From an uncultured Ignavibacteriales bacterium (lineage in GTDB: Bacteria > Zixibacteria > MSB-5A5 > GN15 > FEB-12): a stretch of 64,000 nt of DNA. Position 1 is the first letter of the stretch. Each line of letters opens with the position of its first letter. The stretch lies in NCBI GenBank assembly GCA_964571235.1, contig CAZNAI010000004.1, positions 233,836 through 297,835 of the forward strand. Reading direction: 5' to 3'. The notes under the pieces are model-generated. The model saw nothing but the letters and a program-made list of their open reading frames with translations, did not search any database and was not told the DNA's origin. Below are positions 55,522-64,000 of this stretch, piece after piece. The position numbers and the translations under genes are program-made.

Positions 55522-58500
55522 ATGGAGATGATAGGTCGCAAACGTAATCTTCTGACAAGTGTCGCAATATTGCTCGCGCTTTTCCTGATAGATGTCGGGC
55601 CGGCGTTTGCCGGAGCGTACGGGCAGATCAAAGGAACGATCACCGACAAGGCGAACAAAGATCCGCTGGTCGGCGTGTCGATTCAGATTAAAGGGACGGC
55701 GGTCGGCGCCCTGACCGATATCGACGGTAACTTCGTTATTCAGCGCGTTGATCCCGGTACCTACGTACTGGTTATTTCCAGCGTTGGTTACGGCCGCATC
55801 GAAGTGACCGACATTGAGGTGCGCGCTGATTTGACCTCCGAAGTCAATCAGGCGCTGGAGCTGGCGGTATCTGATAAAGGCATCCAGACAGTTAAGGCCA
55901 AGCGCGACGTCATCAGTAAGTTCGAGGTCTCCGGCCAACTTTCCAAAACCGCCGAACAAATCAAGTCTCAGCCGGTGCAAAAAGTCGACGACATTCTCAA
56001 GGTCGTTCCCGGTGTAAAGACAACCCAGAGTGGCGATATTTTCATTCGCGGCGGCCGCGCCGGTGAAGTCGCGTACATTCTCGACGGCGTGCCGATCAAT
56101 GATCCTCTTGGTGGAACAGGTCAGACCGGTGCTAACCTGACCTTGGTGTCCGGTTCAATTCAGGAAATCCAGATCATCAAGGACGGTTTCGACCCGGAAT
56201 ACGGAAATGCCTTGTCGGGTATTGTCTCGATTCGTTCGCAGACTGGTAACAAAGAAAACACAAGGCTCAATCTGCGCTTCCTGACCGACGATTTTGGCAA
56301 CAAGTCGCTCAACAAGTATTCACGCAATAACGACAATTATAGAATTATCCTCTCCGGTCCCGATCCGATCCTGACCAGCCATATTCTCCCGGCGTTTGGT
56401 CTCAATTATCTCAAGGATAAAGAGTTTACGTACTATCTGTACTTCGAAGCGGATCAGAACGATGATTTCCAGCAGTTTTGGCGCTACGATACACCGTCGA
56501 CACGCCGGAATTACGGGTATTTCAATCTTTTGGGGATTCATGTCCCGGACCGTCTGAAGAATCAATACACCGTTCAGACTAACTTCCTGTTCCGTCCCAA
56601 ACAGAATATCCGCGCGGTATTCTCGTACAAGGGAACTGATTTTCGCTACAGCTCATTCGATTGGGAATATCGGTACACCTCAGCGACCATTCCGGTTCAG
56701 ACGCAGAAGCGCAACACCTATTCGATGGAGTGGACCCACGAGGTGAACAAGGATTTCCATTACGAAGCAATTTTCTCTGTCAACGCCCAGGAATACACCG
56801 TCAAGCCGGGTGATCCGGACCATCCGGGACTCGGACTTAACCCCGATCAGATTGCTCTTGAATCAGACTACGAAACGTACACCGATCGGAACGACAACGG
56901 AAAGTATGACGCCCCCGAACCGATCATTAATATCTTTCCGGATTCACTCTCTTACGGTACCGACTATAACGGCCCCGCCTACACTTTCGGTGAATTCAAC
57001 ACGACTCTTGGCAATCAGCAGGGTGGTGGCAACGGCTTCCCAACTGACTTCCGGTTTAATCGCAATGGCGTACCGGACTCGCTTGAGGGCGAGGCCTTTG
57101 TTGACATGAATGGCAACGGCGTGTGGGATCGCGGCGATGATTTGCAGGACAAAAACGGCAATGGCAAGCTTGATGCCGATCGGATTTCCACTATTGATAC
57201 CAAGAATCCGGAACCGTATGTCGACGGCGACTCGGTCATCGGCGAGCCGTTTACCGACCTAAACGCGAACGGGCGGTATGACGAGGGAGTCGATGGATTT
57301 GTCATTTCGGTAAATGCCACCATCAACCAGGATCTAAATCACAATGGAAAGTACGACGGTCCGTTGACCTTCTGGACGCCCGGCATTCCGTACTACGATC
57401 GAAACGGCAACGGGCTTTTTGATCGGGCCAACGGTCAGTTCGACCCGGGCGAGTTGTACAATGATATAAACGGCAACGGGAAATGGGATTATGGCGGTAC
57501 CGGGACATTTCTTAATCCAGGTCAACATAACGAGGACATGAGGTGGCATCGCCGCGCCACAACCACCTACCGCGCCGAAGTAAAGGGATTCCGTCAGGCG
57601 GGACACCACGAACTAAAAGTAGGTTTGGCGATTCAGCGCGACAATCTCGAATTTGAGGAAATCTTAAGGCCGTACATTCCGTACATTGGTCGACCCGACG
57701 GCGGACCGTATCAGGATCGCGGAGCTTTCAGGGACTTCTTTAAGTTCAAACCGGTTTCAGGAACCGTTTATTTCCGCGACAAAATCGAGTACGGATCAAT
57801 GATTGCCTCGCTTGGCGTGCGGTGGGATTACTTCTTGCAGGATACCAAAGATCTTGAGAAAACCCTGATCAGCGACGACCGGGGCGGTACGATTTTCGGC
57901 GATCGACAGAAGATTTCGCCGCGTATCGGCTTCTCGTACCCGATCTCAGACAAAGCCAAGGTGTATTTCAACTACGGACACTTCTTCCAACAGCCGCAGT
58001 TGCTTTACATGTACCAGCGCAATACGTCCTCGGCCGACCAGAACGCGGTTCTGGGCAACCCGAACTTGGACTATCAAAAGACGATTCAGTATTCCTTCGG
58101 CGTGAAGTACGCGATGAGCGAAACGTACTCGGTTGATTTCCAGGGGTACTTCAAGGACGAGTTCGACAAGATTAATAGCACCAAGATTAAAGAAGAGAGC
58201 GGCATTTTCATCCAGCGCTACCGGAACTCCGACTACGGCCGGAGCCGCGGATTGGAAGTAACAGTTGAAAAGCGCGGAAGCGGGTATGTGAATGGTTCGC
58301 TGAGTTATACCTACGCTTTTGCCAATGGAAAGGCGTCGCAAACAAACGCGAACTACCTGTCTGATTTCCTTCTGTCGCGCGAGCCGCTTTCTGAAGCGCC
58401 GCTTGATAACGATATCCGGCATTCGCTCCAGTCTGAGCTTCAAATCGTGATCCCGAACAACGTCAAGCCGAGGCTTTTCGGTATCCGCGTAATCAACGGC

Positions 58501-58869
58501 TGGTCGCTTTCGATTGCAACAGTGATTGAATCAGGGAGACCGTTTACACCGACCAAAACATTCCCGAATCTGGCAACGTCAGGGCTTGAAGACATCGAAA
58601 CGAATTCACTCCGGTACCCGGCGACTGCCTATTTCAATGTTCGGTTCCAAAAGGACTTCCGTTTGGCCGGAGCCGATTGGAGCCTCAATTTCTGGGTGGA
58701 TAATGTCTTTGATGCCCGGAATGTCGAAACGCTGTACGCGAATACGGGTAGACCGGACACCGATCAGAATATTTCCAATCAGGTCTTGGGTGGCACCGAG
58801 TTCAACCAGAACCCGGCAAATTGGAACTTTGGGCGTCAGGTGAAACTCGGCCTCGAAATGAACCTGTAA
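55522..58869 (+). CDS. TonB-dependent receptor with a large insertion of DxNxNG Ca-binding-type repeats
   Basis: GQIKGTI..PLVGVSI; plug IFIRGGRAGEVAYILDG; NPNLDYQKTIQY; C-term LGLEMNL. Confidence 0.92.
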   Translation: MEMIGRKRNLLTSVAILLALFLIDVGPAFAGAYGQIKGTITDKANKDPLVGVSIQIKGTAVGALTDIDGNFVIQRVDPGTYVLVISSVGYGRIEVTDIEVRADLTSEVNQALELAVSDKGIQTVKAKRDVISKFEVSGQLSKTAEQIKSQPVQKVDDILKVVPGVKTTQSGDIFIRGGRAGEVAYILDGVPINDPLGGTGQTGANLTLVSGSIQEIQIIKDGFDPEYGNALSGIVSIRSQTGNKENTRLNLRFLTDDFGNKSLNKYSRNNDNYRIILSGPDPILTSHILPAFGLNYLKDKEFTYYLYFEADQNDDFQQFWRYDTPSTRRNYGYFNLLGIHVPDRLKNQYTVQTNFLFRPKQNIRAVFSYKGTDFRYSSFDWEYRYTSATIPVQTQKRNTYSMEWTHEVNKDFHYEAIFSVNAQEYTVKPGDPDHPGLGLNPDQIALESDYETYTDRNDNGKYDAPEPIINIFPDSLSYGTDYNGPAYTFGEFNTTLGNQQGGGNGFPTDFRFNRNGVPDSLEGEAFVDMNGNGVWDRGDDLQDKNGNGKLDADRISTIDTKNPEPYVDGDSVIGEPFTDLNANGRYDEGVDGFVISVNATINQDLNHNGKYDGPLTFWTPGIPYYDRNGNGLFDRANGQFDPGELYNDINGNGKWDYGGTGTFLNPGQHNEDMRWHRRATTTYRAEVKGFRQAGHHELKVGLAIQRDNLEFEEILRPYIPYIGRPDGGPYQDRGAFRDFFKFKPVSGTVYFRDKIEYGSMIASLGVRWDYFLQDTKDLEKTLISDDRGGTIFGDRQKISPRIGFSYPISDKAKVYFNYGHFFQQPQLLYMYQRNTSSADQNAVLGNPNLDYQKTIQYSFGVKYAMSETYSVDFQGYFKDEFDKINSTKIKEESGIFIQRYRNSDYGRSRGLEVTVEKRGSGYVNGSLSYTYAFANGKASQTNANYLSDFLLSREPLSEAPLDNDIRHSLQSELQIVIPNNVKPRLFGIRVINGWSLSIATVIESGRPFTPTKTFPNLATSGLEDIETNSLRYPATAYFNVRFQKDFRLAGADWSLNFWVDNVFDARNVETLYANTGRPDTDQNISNQVLGGTEFNQNPANWNFGRQVKLGLEMNL

Positions 58870-58915
58870 CGCATTTGCTTTTGAGATGTTACGTTTGAGA
58901 ATAGATGAGGATACA

Positions 58916-59902
58916 ATGCAGAATCATACTCGCGGTCCGATCAGCTTCGTGAAAGCGCATCGTTCCGTTATCGGGATGCTGTTGCTGTTGCCGGCGCTCA
59001 CTGGCGTGGCCTTCGGTCAGGCGAAAGTCGGAACGACCGGTGCGCAGTTCCTTGAGATAGGAGTTTCGGCCAGAGCAATGGGAATGGCCGAGGCCTATAC
59101 GGCCGTCGTAAACGACGTCTCTTCCATTTACTACAACCCGGCCGGACTCACTTCGCTCTTGGGCAAGGAATTCATGACCTCGTACATTCAGATGCCCGCC
59201 GATGTGCAGTACGGATTTGTCGGGGTAGGCATTCCGCTCGAATCGATCGGCGGTGTGCTCGGCATCGGCGCCAACTACCTGACCTCCGGTGGAATCAAGG
59301 AAACCGACTACAACTACGGCGTGATTGGCGGCGGATTGAATGGCACCGGCCGGACCTTTTATGCCGATCATCTGGCGCTTTCGGCCGCCTATGGCCGGTA
59401 TTTGACCGATCGGTTTTCAGTCGGTGTGACCATGCGGTATATCGGAATGTGGTATCACGACTTCACCGCCAACGGTTGGGCGGCGGATGTCGGCACCATG
59501 TACGACAGCGGCTACCGAGGATTTAAGCTGGCTATGGTGATTACCAATTTCGGACCCGACGTCAAGTTTATTCAGAAGGCGGCACCGCTTCCAATCAACT
59601 TCAAGTTCGGCGGCGCTTTCAATCTCCTGGAAAAAGGAGATCACTATCTGACGTTTGCCGCCGACGGATCGCACCCGTCGGATAATCTTGAGAAGTATAA
59701 TGCCGGGCTGGAGTATACGTTTAAGGACCGCCTTATCATCAGAGCAGGCGAGCGCCTTAATTACGACTTGGATGGACTTACTTTCGGCGCCGGTTTCCGC
59801 CTGCCGTTTGCACAACAGGGCGAACTCAAATTTGACTATGCGTACCAGGATTTTGGGATTCTGACTGAAGTCCACCGGTTCACGCTCGGTGTTTCGTTCT
59901 AA
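58916..59902 (+). CDS. PorV/PorQ-family outer-membrane beta-barrel
   Basis: AQFLEIGVSARAMGM, YYNPAGL, DYAYQDFG..HRFTLGVSF. Confidence 0.9.
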   Translation: MQNHTRGPISFVKAHRSVIGMLLLLPALTGVAFGQAKVGTTGAQFLEIGVSARAMGMAEAYTAVVNDVSSIYYNPAGLTSLLGKEFMTSYIQMPADVQYGFVGVGIPLESIGGVLGIGANYLTSGGIKETDYNYGVIGGGLNGTGRTFYADHLALSAAYGRYLTDRFSVGVTMRYIGMWYHDFTANGWAADVGTMYDSGYRGFKLAMVITNFGPDVKFIQKAAPLPINFKFGGAFNLLEKGDHYLTFAADGSHPSDNLEKYNAGLEYTFKDRLIIRAGERLNYDLDGLTFGAGFRLPFAQQGELKFDYAYQDFGILTEVHRFTLGVSF

Positions 59903-59922
59903 TGGAAGGAATCAGGAAGACA

Positions 59923-62115
59923 ATGAATACATTTGCTTTTAGCCGGCGCAATTTTCGCCTGGCGGCCTTTGGCGCCGTCGCGGCTGGAACGCTGTTGTCG
60001 GTAATAGCCGGTGGATGTAAAAAAGTCGAAGGCACCAGAGTCGACAACCAAGCCCCGCTTGTCTGGTTTGCCAACGTCCCGCCGCAAGATCAGCAATTTT
60101 CCACCAATCCGTTGGTTCACTGGGTCGGTCAGGATCGCGACGGCCAGGTTGTGAGGTTCAGGTATCGCGTCATCAGGCAAACCACCATGATGGCCGCGAT
60201 CGGACGCGACAGCACGATCGGGTTGCCGCCGGGTGAACCTGATCCTTCGTACTTGGCAGAGTACATCGCTTATGTCACGAGTACTGCGCCGGACTCAGTT
60301 TGGAAATACTTGACGGTTGACCCGCAGAACGGTCAACCGCAGACCGGCGTGGTTGTCCCACTGGTTGCTGAATTATCAGATCCGGTGCGAGTGTTTGTGC
60401 CGCAATATGTGTTTGTTCAGGCGATTGATGACCGGGGAATGATGTCGGGCGTCGCCTATCGCCGATTTGTCCGTAATAATAATCCGCCTAATACCCGCAT
60501 ACTTGGTTTTGATTCGACCCTAACGCCGTTTATTGATGCCGTAGTACCGGGTGGAATAGCCACCGGTATCCGGTTGATGTGGGCCGGCTACGATATCTTG
60601 GATTATCCGACCGAACCGCCGCCGTTTGAATTCCAGTGGCGTCTGTACGGACCATTTGATTCCGCGACATTTGCCACCATGGAGCAGAAGTTCAAGCGCG
60701 AAGTGTACGTTACCAATGATGCACGGACGTTTGTTATCCATCCGAACGGTTTGGAAACCTACGCCGATACGCTCGAGTTCTGCGACACGGCGTACTATCC
60801 CGAGGGCGTATTTGTGCAGTGCGACACGATCGTCGTTGATACAATCACTGTCGCCAATCTTTACGGGCATCTTGACACGCTTTTCAATGTTGAAGATCCG
60901 GAGTTTGTTAGCGATACATCGTACAACCTGATCGCCGACAGCTCCAAGAACGGGGTTACCGGCTGGATCACAAATCTTCGGGATTCGATTTACGACGTTT
61001 TCCGGGCACGGCCGAGCGCGAATACCCAGCAGGGTAGGTTCCTATTCTGGGCCAGAGCGCGTGATGATGCCCGAGGACCGGATGTCGCTCCCGCCTTCGT
61101 TTCGTTCTTGGTTGTGGCGCCAAAATACGAACACACCATGTTGGTAGCCGATGCGATGATTTCATACGAAATCAATCCAAGGAATTTCATTAAGGCCAGG
61201 AAATACTGGGATTCAACTTTCCATTCCTGGCGACCGGCTGACACCGATTTTGACACCCTACGAGACTACCACATCGTCAGCCAAAGCTCAGGTAACGTCC
61301 TGCCGCTTTCGCTACTCCTTAGTCACAAGATTGTTGTCATAGTGTGCGACGACGTGATTAAGGGCGTGTTTAACACACCTGATATCCGCAAGAGGGTGTT
61401 TACCGCTCTGGATGCCGGCGTGAGCGTCTGGATGTGCGGGCGTTCAATGATTGCCGGCGATGAGGCCAAGCCGCCGGAATACATGACTCCGTTGTCCGGC
61501 AATTGGCCGAGAGACGACCGGAATTTCAGTCGCGATTATACCTATTACTTCGGGTCGGAAGCGTATCAGCATTCCGGTTGGAGTTGGTTCTGGATAATCA
61601 AGGAACCGTCCCAGCGAGTTGAGGATTTCATCGGCACGTCGTCGCTTAACACCACGCTGTGGCCCGATATTTCGGTCGATACCGCCCGGCTCCGAAGTTA
61701 TTACGGATGGGGGGGCGACTATTTCCCGCCCTTCCGGCCCGATCTCGGGGCGTTACCAGAAGTTGGCTACATGATCAGTAGTTTCGGCACCGAGGTTATG
61801 CACCTGTATCGATCAAAGTTCGGCAGTCAATTGTTACCGGAGCCGATAGGTAAGAGTTTCGACGGCCGCCCGGTTATGCATCGACTCAATCGCGGGGTGT
61901 TCCGATCGGTAGTGTCGCTCTTCACTCCGTATGCAATGACTGATACGTCGGAAGTGGACGGTGTTGGCAAGACCGTCAAGAACACGCTCGATTGGATGTA
62001 TTTCCCGTTTGAATCGGGGGCCGCTCCCGGAACGGCTGAGTTCTACTTCCCACAAGGTAGCGGAACAGTCAGCCAATCGACAGCGCGGGCTATTCACTTT
62101 CAGCCGGTTGAGTAG
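59923..62115 (+). CDS. Hypothetical lipoprotein, beta-rich
   Basis: Lipobox-like IAGG-C after hydrophobic stretch; HWVGQDRDGQV..FRY, NNPPNT.I, FWARARD patterns. Confidence 0.75.
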   Translation: MNTFAFSRRNFRLAAFGAVAAGTLLSVIAGGCKKVEGTRVDNQAPLVWFANVPPQDQQFSTNPLVHWVGQDRDGQVVRFRYRVIRQTTMMAAIGRDSTIGLPPGEPDPSYLAEYIAYVTSTAPDSVWKYLTVDPQNGQPQTGVVVPLVAELSDPVRVFVPQYVFVQAIDDRGMMSGVAYRRFVRNNNPPNTRILGFDSTLTPFIDAVVPGGIATGIRLMWAGYDILDYPTEPPPFEFQWRLYGPFDSATFATMEQKFKREVYVTNDARTFVIHPNGLETYADTLEFCDTAYYPEGVFVQCDTIVVDTITVANLYGHLDTLFNVEDPEFVSDTSYNLIADSSKNGVTGWITNLRDSIYDVFRARPSANTQQGRFLFWARARDDARGPDVAPAFVSFLVVAPKYEHTMLVADAMISYEINPRNFIKARKYWDSTFHSWRPADTDFDTLRDYHIVSQSSGNVLPLSLLLSHKIVVIVCDDVIKGVFNTPDIRKRVFTALDAGVSVWMCGRSMIAGDEAKPPEYMTPLSGNWPRDDRNFSRDYTYYFGSEAYQHSGWSWFWIIKEPSQRVEDFIGTSSLNTTLWPDISVDTARLRSYYGWGGDYFPPFRPDLGALPEVGYMISSFGTEVMHLYRSKFGSQLLPEPIGKSFDGRPVMHRLNRGVFRSVVSLFTPYAMTDTSEVDGVGKTVKNTLDWMYFPFESGAAPGTAEFYFPQGSGTVSQSTARAIHFQPVE

Positions 62116-62168
62116 AAATACAGACGACTCGATCCGCTGATTGAATTTCACCAAGGCAGAACAATAGC

Positions 62169-62201
62169 AAGGGATCGGCCCAAGGGCCGGTCCCTTTCTT
62201 T
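62169..62201. terminator. Bidirectional terminator between convergent genes
   Basis: AAGGGATCGGCC-CAAG-GGCCGGTCCCTT followed by a T-rich tract. Confidence 0.75.
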
Positions 62202-64000
62202 ATAACAGAGCTAATCGTTGAGCAAGAGCCATGAAGATCGGGTCGCCCGGCAAGAGGCGGGTGGCTTCTTTTAGATACCGGCGGGCACGATCCACATTGC
62301 CAAGTTGTACTTCTGCGGAGATGAGATTCACCCAGGCGCCAGCAAGGGTTGAGTCAATCGCAATCGCTGACAAACTGAAGATGGCGGCCTGCGTATAGGT
62401 ACCCTGTTTTCCGAATATAGCGCCAAGACTCATGTTCGCCAGCGCACGGCGGTGGGTGTCGCGCTCTTTGGCGCTCCAGTAGGTTTGAGTAAACATGCGG
62501 TCGTCGGTTTCAAGCGGAGGCGCCTCGGACTTGGTCATAACGCGATACAGGTCGACTGCATCGCTTGAATTGCCGGCGGTCTCAAGGGCAGTCGCTCCCT
62601 CAAAGCAAACATCGATATTGTCGCGGGTTGCGGCCATTCCCGCCCTGCAGACGCGGGCAAGCGAATCAGTTGTCACGCCAGAACGGGCCGTAGACCGAAT
62701 CAGTACCAGCCACCCGGACGGCTCGTACGGGCGACGCTCAATTGCCATTCGGGCAAAGCCGGCGGCTGAATCGTATTTCTGTTGAACCAGCCGGAGTGCG
62801 CCCAGGTTTGCGTAGGCAAGCGGACGATCAGGATGATTGGAAATTTCCTTGCGAAAATGCCATTCGGCCGAGTCGGCGTTTGCCAGTCTCAGATGAGCCG
62901 CACCCAGATTGAGATGTATCTCTGGGGCCAAGCTATCGATTGCCCAGGCGTTTCGGTAGTGCACCAATGAACCGGCAAAATCGCCGTTGTTGTATAACAA
63001 GAGGCCTTTGGAGGTTTCGTCCTGCGACATGTGCTGATACTGGAAGAAAAGACTCGGCAGAAATGTAACGGCCGTGCCGATCACCAAAGTCGGCCAGAGG
63101 TTGCGATGCCGCAGTTTTTCTCTCCAGTGCATCGTCAGGTCGTCAAGCCATGCCGCCGCGAGAATGAAATAGGCCGGCAAGAGAGTCAGCCGAAAACGAC
63201 TGTTGACAAAAAAGAGGGCGTTGACGAGCGTGAAACCAACGACCACTGCAATGATCCAGCGCATCTGTACCGACCCACCCCACCGGGTAACCAATCCCAG
63301 CGTGGCCAGGACGAAGATCACTCCAAATCCGAGTGGAACGTATCGCACAATTGACACCTGGGAAATCAACGCCAACTGGCTTCGATTGTTGTCGATTTCA
63401 ATGTTAGCAAAAGAAAACCAGATTCGCTTGAGCGTGAGGATGGCGAAATCTACCGGATTGTGTACGATCCAATCAATGCCACGGCCAAACCAATACTTCG
63501 ATATTTCGCCCGGTTTGAGTTGCCGTCCTGTTCCTTTTTCTGCGATGTACCTTACATCGGCAGTTCGCCAGTTGTGGCCGAGCGGCTGGGGGAGAACCGC
63601 ATGGAGGCCGTCGGATCCCTCATTGTTTCCGATGTAGAAGTTTATCCCTCCCTGCGAGGCGATCAGAACCGGATCGCCGGCTACCGCTACGTTTCGAGCA
63701 AAGACAACTCCGATCGGGATCGCCATCCCGATGAGCAAAACGAGCGCCGGCCGAAGCATCTGTCGTGCGGGTCGACGCAGTTGCCAGACTACTCCCAGCG
63801 TCACCAGCGGCGCCAGAGCGAGTATGGTCGGTCGTGTGATAGCGGCCAACCCAAACAAAAACGACGCGAGAAACAAAAACCGGTGGGTCTTTCGATCGGA
63901 CCAGATCAAAAACGCATATCCCGAAGCCTGCACTATCAACATGAAGAGGGGATCCAAAAGTAGTTCTGCTTCAAGTGTGACGAGCATTGGATAGATACAC
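62200..64000 (-). CDS. GT-C (PMT/ArnT-like) membrane glycosyltransferase with C-terminal TPRs; 5' end outside the window
   Basis: GLAAITRP, SQGGINFYIGN, RFRL motifs; many TM helices; TPRs; frame stays open to the window edge. Confidence 0.8.
   Translation of the reverse strand, partial: CIYPMLVTLEAELLLDPLFMLIVQASGYAFLIWSDRKTHRFLFLASFLFGLAAITRPTILALAPLVTLGVVWQLRRPARQMLRPALVLLIGMAIPIGVVFARNVAVAGDPVLIASQGGINFYIGNNEGSDGLHAVLPQPLGHNWRTADVRYIAEKGTGRQLKPGEISKYWFGRGIDWIVHNPVDFAILTLKRIWFSFANIEIDNNRSQLALISQVSIVRYVPLGFGVIFVLATLGLVTRWGGSVQMRWIIAVVVGFTLVNALFFVNSRFRLTLLPAYFILAAAWLDDLTMHWREKLRHRNLWPTLVIGTAVTFLPSLFFQYQHMSQDETSKGLLLYNNGDFAGSLVHYRNAWAIDSLAPEIHLNLGAAHLRLANADSAEWHFRKEISNHPDRPLAYANLGALRLVQQKYDSAAGFARMAIERRPYEPSGWLVLIRSTARSGVTTDSLARVCRAGMAATRDNIDVCFEGATALETAGNSSDAVDLYRVMTKSEAPPLETDDRMFTQTYWSAKERDTHRRALANMSLGAIFGKQGTYTQAAIFSLSAIAIDSTLAGAWVNLISAEVQLGNVDRARRYLKEATRLLPGDPIFMALAQRLALL

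Overview
A chromosomal window from a moderately GC-rich, diderm, FCB-related bacterium. Zixibacteria is the best inference, based on the Cys-flanked C-terminal dockerin, the NYPNPFNP-type C-terminal sorting domains and the TonB-dependent receptor (TBDR)/PorV-family clusters. Housekeeping genes include pyk, nrdJ, acpS-pyrE, sthA, dnaX-ybaB-recR, mscL and aspS-phoH-7TM/HD-ybeY-corC. RNA genes are tRNA-Leu(GAG), tRNA-Ala(CGC), a probable 6S RNA and a large Alu-type SRP RNA. Envelope and secretion loci include two paralogous TBDR + PorV-family + partner modules, a dockerin-bearing CotH kinase facing a cohesin-like/CTD protein, two small beta-barrels and two membrane+TPR proteins. Signalling genes include a Ser/Thr kinase-TPR protein, a substrate-binding-protein/HK/RR phosphorelay, and a TPR-GAF-sigma54 activator preceded by a small secreted protein. 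The most notable observations are an A10 slippage run in dnaX with stops in both shifted frames, the repeated TBDR-PorV-partner architecture, an orphan gene bracketed by mirrored REP-like hairpins, and a self-contained 39-codon Lys-rich small gene. No CRISPR array, intact IS, integrase or prophage was seen. Family calls come from motif recognition only; no database searches were run.
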